The notes below the pieces were generated by a model that worked only from the letters and a program-made list of their open reading frames with translations, was not told the DNA's origin and ran no database searches. DNA of 64,000 nt, taken from the human T2T-CHM13v2.0 reference genome, Homo sapiens. A program made the position numbers and the translations under genes. Below are positions 48,839 to 64,000 of this stretch, piece after piece. The stretch is taken from assembly GCF_009914755.1 (NCBI RefSeq), contig NC_060933.1; one strand, written 5' to 3'. Each line of letters begins with the position of its first letter. The stretch's first letter is position 1.

Positions 48839-50303
48839 AACCAGGAGACATAAAGGAGACGTGGGAACTTCGTTATCCTTCACCCGTGGTTCATGGTCTC
48901 TTGTAACCTGATGCAAAGACTCTAGAAATGAGCCGGTTTGGTTTTAATTGCTTCTCTACCCATTGTTTGCTTCCGATTGTCTTCCTCTCATACACTTTAT
49001 GGCTATTTAAAATCCCCGCCTTTGAATCCGTTTCGTTTCCCGAGCAATGTAGCTTACATGAGTTTGCTAGCTTCTGTCTGAGACTTGTCAATCTCTAGCC
49101 TCACCCATGTTGTCGTTTAAAAAAATAAAAAGCATTTCTAGCAATCCATAGAGTGTGGCTCAATAATTCATTAGATAAACTCATTAGCAAAGGGGCTGAT
49201 TTGTTGAGTAATCACTGACCGGTAGACAAGCTTTGTTTCCCTGGTGCACCAACTTCCAAGGATTTTGTTTGGTTTGGTTTTGTTTTCCTCAGCATGAACT
49301 AATCTAAGATTTAAAACAAAATTGATTGAGTACACCAGAAATTAAGCTCACAGTGGGCCAGGGCCCCATCACAGACTCTATGCTCTCATTGTGGCACTAA
49401 ATACAGCATTTCAGGGAAGCAAATAAATATGCTTTATAAAGAAAACAGCTGTATTTTTCCACCCAGTCACTCAAAGGCACGTCAGGGTTCGGGCAAGAAA
49501 CTGACAGACATGGGTCAATGAACAGGAAGGTCAACATGAGTAGCACACAGGAGGGAGAATGGCCACCAAAAGGATTGTGGAAAACACATAATGAGCCAAA
49601 AAGAGGGATTTTTGATCTTTTATATGAACCAAACAATACATATTTGGGAGACCAGTGAACTCAGAAGCATACAAGATAAATTTCTTTGTGTGGATCGAAA
49701 TCTTTTGTGTTTGTCCAGAAGAATGAAAGTGGAGGCTCAGAACTCTTTGATTTCAAGGTATGTGTGGCATTAGTGAGAGGACACACCGCTGCCAGGTGGC
49801 TGGTTGTTTGTAACCAATAGCACAGCGTCTAAGCTGTGCCGTGGCGTCAGAGAAGCAGCCCCAGGGAGCCAAAGCTCGGATGCCACAGCCTCCCACAAAG
49901 ATGGGGCACCCAAAAAGGCAACGAGAGAGGTGATCTTTCGGCCACAGCATTTCTGTTGAGGGAATTAGAAAATTTACTGGCAGCTTTATTAGTTAATTTT
50001 ACTGGACAATAGTGAATTTGGCCGTGTCACCACATTAAAATGCCATCATAATATTCCCATTATGTAGAATCGCATTTATATTTTCCATCTGCTTCCCAGG
50101 AGATCTTTAAGAGCCAAGATATTGGCTTTTTTTTTCCTTTTTATGCATTTAAGACTGCTAATGAACCCATCAGCCAAAGAGCAAATATTTATTGAACACC
50201 TACAATGTGCAAGGGACCGGAGGAAACACAAGAGGTTGAAGACTTTGTGTCCAAGAAGTTGTAGTCTGATCAGAGAGAACCAGACTTTGCACATTAAAAC
50301 TCA

Positions 50304-50447
<144 letters not shown>

Positions 50448-50779
50448 TTAAAAAATTAGGCGGGTGTGGTAGTGTGCACCTGTAGTCTCAGCTACTCAGG
50501 AAACTGAGGCAGAAGGATCGCCTGAGGCCAGGAGGTTGAGGCTACAGTGAGCTATGATCACACCACTGCACTCTAGCCTGGGTGACAGAGCAAGACCTTG
50601 ACCAAAAAAAAAAAAAAGGTGGAAGGAGAGGTGATGAGAGGCCAGAATGCCACGTTTAAGCGTTGAGGCAGGAGCAGTATTGGGGCTTTCCAGGCAGCTC
50701 AGACGGCTGATGAGGTTGGGCTGGGCCTGTAGGATGGACTAGATTCCACTGGGGGAACAGGACAGGAAGGGGACACCTA

Positions 50780-51150
<371 letters not shown>

Positions 51151-51429
51151 CTATGCATTCATTCACTCACTTCTTTAACACCTTTTGAGCACATAATGTG
51201 TACCAGGCACAGTACCAGGCACCAAGGATACAGGGGTAAACCCACCTGGATATAGGCTTTGTCCTTGAAGAGCTTACAATCTAGCAGGCAGAAGCAGACA
51301 GAGATGAAAATCAACAGCAAAGTGGTACAGACGTGGCCACAGCCATCTGGATGGGATCCATGCCCAGCACTGAGGGCAGCTCCATCTTCACCTGGATGAA
51401 AGGAGATGAGGAAAGCTCTCATAGGCTGA

Positions 51430-51746
<317 letters not shown>

Positions 51747-51796
51747 TGACACAAAGATTAGCAAGTATGTGGGGGGGAACTGAAGAGGTGGGGGCA

Positions 51797-51966
51797 GGGT
51801 GAGATCCAGGTTTTGCCAGGCTTAAAGTTTATGCAATTTTGGGATCCCTCTTTAAGAAACAGAATACAGAATTACAAATAATTTTGAAAATTAAGTCCAA
51901 GGCCTTGAAATGTGCTGGAGAGTGACCCTGAAGCTTAACTTCACTAGTTTCATGGTAAATCAACTT
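51797..51966. mobile_element. MER53-like DNA transposon fragment
   Basis: GATCCAGGTTTTG...CCCTCTTTAAGAA...GTTTCATGGTAAATC resembles the MER53 ends. Confidence 0.6.
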
Positions 51967-52393
51967 TGGGAGAGAAAAAGCTTCCCAGGAAAAGGGATAG
52001 CGTGTTCAGCGGGGCTGGAGTTTGGAGGGATGCACACTAGACCATTAGACTTGAGAATCCTGGGTTCTTCTCCAGGCTTCGTGACATTCAGTCATTCATT
52101 CATTTCTTCACTAAGCATTGCACAGTTCCCCTGAACCAGGCACACCAGGCACTGGCACCACAGTGAGGAGTTCGCAGTCTACTGCACACTCTCATTGGCT
52201 CTGAAACCTTGAGTGACTCACTAGATGTCTCTAAGCCTTGATTCTGCACACCTGAATGGCTTCTCTCCCATCCTTCATTTGCTCATTTGACCATTTGCAA
52301 AATGTTTATTGAGGAGCTGTTATGTGTGCTGGGCCTTGGGGACACCTCAGTGGATAAGACAGCCTTAGTCCCAGGTGGCTTTTTTTTTTTTGA

Positions 52394-52849
<456 letters not shown>

Positions 52850-54657
52850 TGAAGAGTTACTGGAAGTGGAGTGTGTATGTGTCCGCGTTCACATGAGCAA
52901 TGGGACGAGACTGTTCCAGGCAAAATAAGAGATTTTATGAGAAGACCCAAAGCAAGGAGGAACCTGGAGCTTTGGGGAAAGAGGGCCAGGGGGCTGCAGT
53001 GAAGCAGCAGGGAAAGGCAGCACTGAGGTGAGGCTGGGCAGGAAGTCAGAGGCCAGGGACACCTGCAGGGGTCAAAGCAGGGGGAATACACAAAGGGCTG
53101 AGAGACAGGTCCAGAAACCAACAAGAGGCTGCAGCAACCACACCTCCTTCCCTCTACTGAAGGTGACAACAGGTGGACAAAGGGATACACTCCCAGTGGC
53201 AGCGTGCTGCGATGTGACAGCTGGGATGGACATGTTAGTTGCATCCTGGTCCCCAACCAGGCTGGGCACAGATGGCAGGACGTGTCCTTCCAGGCTGGTT
53301 TAGGGTTAGTGACTACGATTTGTTTACTTTTTGTAAGTTACACAAGCCCAAGTCCGCCGCGCTCCGTATTTTCACCAAGTCGTTCAAGGGAACCTGCTGG
53401 AGCAATTCCGGGGAGTCCCTTAGGGCTGAGTGTTGGGCTTCGCGGCTGCCTCCAAAACCTTTACAAACCATCACTGAAGATTTTTCTGTCTTTGTAGGCA
53501 CCCAGGGGGCATAAATTCGGAGGTTTAAGCAAGTCTTTTAAAAACTACTCTTCTAAAAGGAAAGCGCCTGTTGGGCGAACCTGAAAGCTCTGTCTTTTCT
53601 TAGGCAGCCGCTTGCTTCTTGGGGAGATCTTCCCAGGATCACCTCACAGGATGCTCACGGGTCTGACTTCTCCCGGAGTGGGAGGATGAGGAAGAGGCTG
53701 AGCCTGGAGTCTGGGTTTCCAGGAGGCTCCTGGCTGTAGACCATTTGATCAGCTGACGCTCCAGTTTGCCCACTGACAGCTGCTGCCCTCTGTGCAATGT
53801 GCTCACTGTGTGCCGGGCACTGTGCCTCTCCCTTACATCTTTGCAACAATCCTGAGACAGGATGACTATCATTCCCATTTTACAGATGGGGAAGCCGAGG
53901 CTTATAGAGGTCACACAAATTGCCCATAGTCACCCAGCTCATGCCTGGAGGAGCCAGGCTTCCAACCAGGTCTGTCATCCCAAAGCCTGAGGTCGTAACC
54001 GCTGTGCAGATCCAAAAAACTTAGTGACATCAGTGGCCATCACTGGTTGAGTACCTGGCCAAGTGCCAGATCTTTTACATATATTATCTCAACTCTGCAA
54101 GCTCCGTGTCTTGAGCCCAGAAAGGCTCAGAAACATGCCCAAGGCCACATGAAGGGTAAATGGCAGGATTGGGGCTGGCAGTGTGGCCTGAGTAAGTCCA
54201 CAGCTTGTCATGCTTCCTACATGTTATGCCACACTGCCCGTTACCCTGGGAGACCCCTTTGTCCTGATGGGAGAGAAGAATCCAGTTAATCCATGTGCTT
54301 ATCACCTGCGTCTATATCTATCTGAAGGGTCAAGCTCATCTGGGGATATGTTTTCTGTTCTCCAAGGACCTTACAGTCTAGTTGGGCAGAAAATTCACAT
54401 CACACACGTGCACCTACGGCCAGAAGTTGACTGCACAAGGCTGAAACCAATGCAGCCAAGACATCCATGGCTGTTAAAAAAAGAGTTAGGAGGCCGGGTG
54501 TGGTGGCTCACGCCTGTAATCGCAGCACTTTGGGAGGCAGAGGCAGGCAGATCATGAGGTCAGGAGATGGAGACCATCCTGGCTAACACGGTGAAATCTG
54601 TCTCCTAAAATTACAAAAATTAGCCGGCATGGCCTCGGGTGCCTGTAGTCCCAGCTA

Positions 54658-54880
<223 letters not shown>

Positions 54881-57786
54881 CTAGACAAGGTGAGAAATTG
54901 GCTGCCATGAGCTTGGGTGCATTTTTAGGGGAAGTCTGGAGGAAGCACACTACCAAGAAGGCGGCAGAGGGAGGTTCCTGGGAAAGGGATGCTGGGATCA
55001 GGTGAGGACCGCTCAAGGAGCCTTCACTTTGGGTGTCACCACTTGAAAGTTTAAAGAAGAGACTCGGGATAAAGACGCATAGATACCGGGTTTCCCACGG
55101 ATGTTGGATTTCAGGTTATTCCAAACGTGCGCATCTGCCGGCCAGGGAGCCAGGATGGCTGGGGGCAAAACCTCCATCAAGGCTGAGCAGAGCGGCCTCC
55201 CCCTTTTCAAAGGAAAGGCATCCCCTCCTCCTCTCCCAAACACGGCTCCCTTCTTCTCCCCACCTCCCTAATCAGAGAGAGCAAATTGTTATCAGATTAG
55301 CGCCAGCAATGAAAAGCACAGTCCCGCTCACCCTCGCAGTTAGTTAGCATTTAGATAGACTGGGACTGGGGCCCACACAATAGGCATCAAAGCCCAGCTC
55401 AGGGCGGCGGGAGGGATTAATTTCTTTAACCAACAGGCCTGATCTGGCCTAACTCATTACCCTGCCTTGTCAGCGTGGATGTTAGATTCGATTGAAGATT
55501 ATACCATTTAGGCCTTTCCCTTGTTTTCTGCCGAAATCTGGGCTATTGAATTGCACATTCTTGCGTCGCCCCCGTCAATACTCAGCGGCCTGAGGTTCTA
55601 ATTCTGCTTCATTTAAACTTCATCAACTTTTCCAATCAAGTGGAAGGATCCGAAATAGGCTCTGTGAGCAGAAGGGCCCGATTCCCTTTGTCAGATAATT
55701 TATTCTGTTTTCTCCTCCCCCACTCCTTTGCTCTCTTTCTCTCTCCAACCTCGCTCCCCAGTCCCCTCTCTCAATGCTCCCCCCTCCTTATCCCCATGCT
55801 GAAAATGAGATTACAGTATTTAAATGACTATGGTAATCAATCTAGGGACCCCGAGCTGAGATTGAGGTTAATTTTTCTTAGCAGAACAAAGAAGCATGAT
55901 GCCTTTGGGGACGTGAAGGTGCAGTCTGGGTTTCTTGCTTGTGTTTTTTCCCCCCCGAAATTGCAGTTTTAGGAGTCTTTTCTTGTCACTAACTAGGCGC
56001 CGAGTGTGATTTTTAAAGGCAGCAGCCTCTAAGAGAGCAGAAATGTAATTTTGAGCTGATAAACAGCTAACGGCCTTCAATCAACAATTTTAATAGGAAA
56101 AAAAGTCACTTACATGATATGGGTACAGATCTAATGAAAGGGTGATCATTTACCTTATTTATTTTTAAACACACATGGAATAATTTCCCACTGTGTTAGA
56201 ACTAGTAATTACAGCCACACGGTGTGTCCGTAAACTTTTGAATGAAGAGCCTTGTCACTCAGACGGCCCTCTCCCTGGCAGCTTTTGCTGCTATAAAAGT
56301 TGAGATTTTGTCATGTTTTGGCTAATTGGAAACCGGGTCATTATACCATTGAAAATCTACATGAAAGTGACTTGTTCAATTGTTACCTGAAGCATTCACA
56401 AGCCGGCCAGTCATTCTGCTGAGACCCCCGCCCGCCTCCCCGAGCTTCTAAAACAGAGAGAATCAAAATATGTATATTTCTTTGTCTCCCTTTGCTATCT
56501 TGTCAGAGCTGTTTTACATGCTGCCACCCAATGTTATCTTTTATTTGTGTCAGGAGAAAGGATTTGACAAGTTCAGTATACAATGTTCATTTGGCAAGGC
56601 AAATTTTTCATACCAATTTTGAGTTAGGAAATGAAACTATCTTTCAACAGAATGAGCAACATCATTTTTGGACAGACTTATTATGAGAGAGAGGATTGCA
56701 GAACTTTATTTCCTTGCATGATCCCGAAAAGTCTAATACATTTTTTAAAAGTAGGATCCCGTTTCCACCTGCAACCCAAGTTGGGGGGAAATGAGAAACA
56801 ACAGTAATGTCTTCAAACAGGGAGGCCTAATGTCACATTCCCCACCCCCCCTCCCTGTTTCCCGCCAGTTATTAAAAGGCTGGAATAAATTGTTCCTCTT
56901 CTATATTATAATGACTTTGCTTCAGACCCTTTAAACTGTGGGTGAGTTTCTGACAGTCATCCACATTTGCAAAGCAAAATATTTATTAACCATCATCGTC
57001 TAAAGCAGCAACGGAACCTGAGGCAACCTTGTTTGTGCAGAGCGAGATTCCCCCGCCCCTGTACCCACTTTCCATCACTGTTTGCCTAAGAAAGAAGACT
57101 CTCTCACCCTCTGTGCTACCGAATTCATTTGGGGCAGTGGTTTATGGTGACATTTTTCTTTCTTAAAGCAAATATTGACTCACCATGGGGAAATTAAAAC
57201 TCCATTAGGCATCGCTACATTGTCGAGCAGCCTGCATTACAGCAGTCAAGCTACTATTAATTGGTTTCTTCCTCAGGAATAATTCAGGGAGGGCAGAGGG
57301 AATGGAGAAAGAGAAGATGGATCTCAGCCGTAATTCCTTAAAATGACACCATCTAAATCAGCAAAGGTGATCATTATGTGGTTATTAATCGAAATATAAA
57401 GAAGACACTGCCTAATAATAGGATGAATTTATCCATATAAGAAGCCTGCAGCTAAGTTATTTCTGGGCTGGAGAGAATACATTTTAAGACACAGGTGGGC
57501 CAGCCTTGGCCAGATTTGGGCCAGAACCGGCTTCCCCAGAGCACGAGAAGCCCCGATTCTTCTCTCCTCTATCTGGGTGAAGAAGTTTTTGTTTCCTGCA
57601 ATGAGGTAATTAGCTGTTCCTGCAGCCCATTCACGGCTTCCTTCTCAGCACCAACGCTCTGTTTTTTCACCCTGACCATTCCCTCCTTGGCCATCCAGCA
57701 ATTCCGGCCATGCCCAGCCCATCCTATGTCCCACCCACTCCACTAAGACTTCTCCGGTCCTTCTCGGGTCTAGCGGCTTTGCCCTC

Positions 57787-58317
<531 letters not shown>

Positions 58318-58610
58318 TTCTCCATTGACCCCATGGCTCAAAGTTTGTTGAGCATTAGATTCTTTCTTTTTTTTTTTTTTCTGAGACAGGGTCTTGCTTT
58401 GTCACCCAGGCTGGAGTTCAGTGGTACAATCATAGCTCACTGCAGCCTTGACCTCCTGGCTCAAGTGATTCTCCCACCTCAGCCTCTTGCATAGCTGGGA
58501 CCACAGGGGCATATGCCATCATGCCCAGCTAATTTTTAAGTTTTTTTTTTTTTTCACAGAGACATGGGTCTTCCAGTGTTACCCAGTCTGTTCTCAAACT
58601 CCTGGGCTCA

Positions 58611-59123
<513 letters not shown>

Positions 59124-59687
59124 CTAGGGAACACACCCAGGTCCCAAGGCCTTCAGGGCACAGTCAGCACTTTGAAGACCCCCCCCTGCTCTGCGTACAC
59201 TGGCATCACCAGGCTGCGATGGTGTTGGTCAGGGTCCCACCAGGCCCTCTCTGACCATTGGCTTCTGTCATATCTCATTCACATGTGACTGCTTTGGGCT
59301 TGGGTCCTGGTCTCTGGTCCCTGAGTTTTGGTAAGAATAACAAGGTAATCACTAGAGTGTCACCCTGCATGTTGAACTGGGGACCTCTGTCTTGTTTTCT
59401 TTCTTTCATGATAATGGTTTTTCTCAAATGTTTGCCTATTCTTGGTTGGGTATTATATTTTTATTTGCCATTTCCTAAATATTTGCCTGTGGATGTTTTT
59501 TCTCGGACTGCTAGAGATTGCGGAGGAGAGGCAGACTAGATTGGAAAGTGAGATAAACTAGTGGTTTTTCTTCTGAGTATGGAAATAAAGAGCTACATGA
59601 GGGTATCTTTAATGTCTCCTTTCCAGCCAGGCATGGTGTCTCACACCTGTAAACCCAGCACTTTGGGAGACCAAGGTGGGCAGATCA

Positions 59688-59996
<309 letters not shown>

Positions 59997-61049
59997 TCAG
60001 GAGATCAAGACCATCCTGGCTAACACGGCGAAACCCCGTCTCTACTAACAAAATACAAAAAAAAAAAAAAAGTTAGCCGGACATGGTCGCGGGTGCCTGT
60101 AGTCCCAGCTACTTAGGAGGCTGAGGCAGGAGAATGGTGTGAACCCGGGAGGTGGACAGTGAGCTGAGATCGCGTCACTGCACTCCAGCCTGGGCGACAG
60201 AGTGAGACTCTGTCTCAAAAAAAATAAAACTCTGCTTTTCATGATCATTGCTTTAGTCTGAATGCAAATGCCACCATTGCTTTCTGCTTGGTGAGAGGCT
60301 CAGTTAACCTTGGAAGGGAAGAGGCTCAGTTAACCCAACTGCTTCCAAAGCAGCTCCCCGGATAGTCCACGACTGCTGCCCCAGAGCCCTCTTTTCTCTG
60401 GTACATGGGGTCTGCACTTGGCGTTCTCCTGGGCACTCCCTGGCTCCGTGGCCTTCATCTCCTACACTTATTTCTGGTGGTGGTTTCCTCTGGTTTTGCT
60501 TTTCTGTTTGTCTGCTTCTGTCTAATTTCTATCATTCATAAATTTTTTAAAATTTCTGGTTCTGTGATAGAGCTCCCTTTCTTATTTTCTATACTATTTT
60601 GGATTTTTTTGCCTTTTGGAAAATACTTTCTCTGTCCTTTCGTGGCATTTGTGGGATGGGGGGAGAAAAAGTGGATGAATAGGTTCAGTCCTCTGTTTTG
60701 ATCCAATCTCCTCATTTTTCCTTCCTAAGATTTTTGCAAGCATTAGATGTCATAATAAACTGGTAAGGAACATTCCAAATCATAGCCTTAAGATAGTTAC
60801 ATTTATCCCCTACAAAAAGAGTTTTAGAAACTACCTTAGCATCTACTTATAATGCAGCCAAGAATGTTTCCATTCTTCCCAATGACCAGAGCTATCCTGT
60901 GAACTAGAAAACCACTCCTTTGTTGCGATCTGAAGAAAAGCCCTCCTGTCCCAGTCGTTCCTACCAGATTGCCAAGTACCAGGAAATCTCAGCAGAATCT
61001 CTGTCTTATCTGACACATCTGGGACCTCAGTCAATATGTCAGAAGGAAG

Positions 61050-62500
61050 AAGCAGCACTTCAAGCTATTTTTACCCAGTAACAGAAAACTTGTTCCTCTT
61101 CTGGTCATGGCCAAGTAACCTCCTATCATATCAGCCCTCCCAGAGATAACATTTATATACTCCAGATAAAACGTAAAAAAAAAAAGAAGATGCTAGGAAG
61201 TGAACAAATGCAGGCAGATGCAGCGGGCAGATGAGGGAGTCAACACTTGGAGGAAGACAACAGCAGGAAATGACTTTCCTATTTTAAAAATGACCTTTAT
61301 CCAAAGGCCAGGCTATAGTCAGTGCTGCACAGCATGTCTACAGTTTGGATAGAAACCTGTGATTCTAGTCAACCTGTGGTTGAAGAACCAGAAGACAGAA
61401 TTGGAGCAACCACCATCACTGGAAGGTGAGGGAAGAATCCAGGAAAGGAGAGAGCCAGAGAAGGGAAGTCCAAATTCAGGGTCTCTGGATAATCCCTGAG
61501 CCCATACAAAAGGCACAGATACTACAAAGCCCAAATAAGGCTAAAATAAATAACAGAACTTAGACATGAACTTCCGTCCACTGCAGAAGAGGCAAAGTTT
61601 GCACTTTGAGTTCAATCAAGTTAGCTTCTTGCAAACAAAACAAACAAACAAAAAATGTTTTAAAAGAACATAAATAATCCAGAGTCTCTACAATGGGTCA
61701 GTCACAATGTCCAAGGCACACCTCAGAAGTATATTTGACATGCAAAGAAATAGGAAAATATGACTCACTCTCAAGTGAAAACATATAGAATTGAGATAAT
61801 TATCCAGATTTAGAATCAGCAATCCTGAATTTAAAGTGGATGCTATGACTGCGCTTGAGATGTAAAGAAAAATATGTTCTCGATGAATGAAAAGATAGGA
61901 CAAAAAGTAACCCACAGGAATCTAGAAGTGAAAATACAATGTCTGAGGTAAAAATTCACTTAATGAGCCCGACAGCAGAATCTAGATAACAGATGACTCA
62001 GTGATCCTGAATATATACCAATAAAAGTTATCCAATTGAGGAACAGAGAAAAAAGACTGAAAAAAGTGGGCAGATCCTCAGGGACCTGTGAGATGGTATC
62101 AAAAGGTCTAACATGTTTTCCTGAAGGAATAGTAGCCCAAATTTCCCCAAATTTACTCAAAGACATATTAGGCTGGTGCAAAAGTAATTGCAGTTTTTGC
62201 CATTACTTTTGCACCAACCTAGTACATCTCAGTGAATCCCAAAAAGATTTATTGAACTACTGGCCTCAAGCAATTCCTCTGTCTTATCCTCCCGAGTAGC
62301 TGGGATTCCAGGTGTGAGCCACCACTCCTGGCTATTCAAACGAGATTCCTAAAAATTAACAAAACCACGCCTGTGAACGTCATAGGCACATTGTGAAGAA
62401 CCAAAAATAAAGAGAAAATCTTGAAATCAGACAGGGAAAAATAACACACTGCACGTCAGGGAACAACAATTCAAATAATCACAGATGTCTCGCTGGAAAC
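61050..62500 (+). mobile_element. Old L1M 5'/ORF1-region fragment, hosting the MADE1
   Basis: A-rich; CCTCAGGGACCTGTG, AATTTCCCCAAATTT, AAAATCTTGAAA.CAG.CAG motifs. Confidence 0.6.
62168..62222. mobile_element. MADE1 mariner-derived MITE, internally deleted
   Basis: TA-flanked palindrome TTAGGCTGGTGCAAAAGTAAT...ATTACTTTTGCACCAACCTAG. Confidence 0.9.
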
Positions 62501-62859
62501 ACGGAGCCCAGGAACACAGACCTTGGCCCAGAGTCCTCTCTTAGAATTTCTAGTTCTATAAAAGGACATCAGGAAGCAGGACACAATATAAGTGAGCCTG
62601 GATCTGGGGGAGGGCAAAAGGGTGATGTGTGGAAGAAATGTGTCGTTTCAGGGACAAAGTGGAGTGGAATCCCTAGCAAGATGTGAACAGAGTCTGAGGG
62701 CTTTACATGGGAGGAGTTGGGTGGCCAGGAACCCATATTTGAGAATGTCAGCTTGACAGTCTTGTTGGGAGCCAGACCCGTCCATAGATTGTAGCAAGGA
62801 CTTTGGACTTGGACAGGTCTGCAGTTTACCCCTCCTTCTGCTGCTTGCTAGCTGCATAA

Positions 62860-63316
<457 letters not shown>

Positions 63317-64000
63317 TGATCTGCCCGCCTCAGCCTCCCAAAGTGCTGGGATTACAGGCGTGAGCCACCAAGCCCGGCCAATTTTCGTATTTTTAGTAGA
63401 GATGGGGTTTCGCTATGTTGCCCAGGCTGGTCTCAAACCCCTGACTTCAAGTGATCCACCCCACCTTGGCCTCCCAAAGTGCTGGGATTACAGGCGTGAA
63501 CCACCATGTCAGGACCCTTGATTCCTTTTCTATAAATGAGGGCTGACAATAGCACCTACTTCATGGGGCTGTTGCAAAGATGAAATGAGACAGATGTGTG
63601 TAAAGCTAAGTGCAGAGCTTGCTCAATGGTAAGGGCCTGAGAAATGGCACTTGCTCTGAGGGCTGCTGGGTTTCTGTTTGCCAGCCGTACTCGTGTGTGA
63701 GCTCTTCTAGCCTTTGATGGCCCTTCTTCCCTTACCACACTCTGTGAGTCGTGATTATGCCAGCTGGTACTCACCTTCTCACCTCTATGACAAAGGACAG
63801 CACAGATGGCATAAACTAGCCACCTGCCTGTGGGCAGACTGCCCTCCACCCTGACCTGAGATGCCACTTCACTACGCTCCCCACACTTCTCCTCTCCTCA
63901 CGTGGCTATTCATTCATTTTTTTTTTTTTTGAGTCAGAGTCTCACTCTGTCACCCAGGCTGGAGTGCAGTGGCACAATCTTGGCTCACTGCAACCTCCGC

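Noticed and set aside
53480-53610. Two good plus-strand acceptors (53497 and ~53604) as CFAP77 exon 2
   Set aside because: No convincing donor or CFAP77-like frame follows; the next coding exon appears to lie beyond the window.

Overview
Human (primate) genomic DNA, Alu-dense, recognisable as chr9q34.13. The minus strand carries the complete TTF1 gene (RNA polymerase I transcription termination factor 1). I traced 11 exons through canonical GT-AG junctions; the coding parts total 2718 nt (905 aa plus stop). About 3.4 kb upstream and divergent, the plus strand carries the CpG-island promoter, coding exon 1 and the first ~23 kb of intron 1 of CFAP77 (C9orf171). The rest is Alu, L2, MIR, L1M, DNA-transposon fragments, four solo LTRs, a 1.65-kb VNTR and repeat-poor blocks rich in homeodomain motifs. 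Best leads: (1) TTF1 exon 2 is clasped by inverted Alus, and if back-spliced its 1374-nt circle would be a stop-free ORF; (2) the TTF1 C-terminus and stop codon are encoded by an Alu; (3) a 52-bp templated insertion and a 23-bp exact duplicate link sites around the two promoters; (4) a four-arm fold-back insertion sits inside an Alu; (5) the intron-10 VNTR is strand-asymmetric for splicing motifs. Repeat family names are from recognition, not a database search, and most repeat boundaries are approximate.
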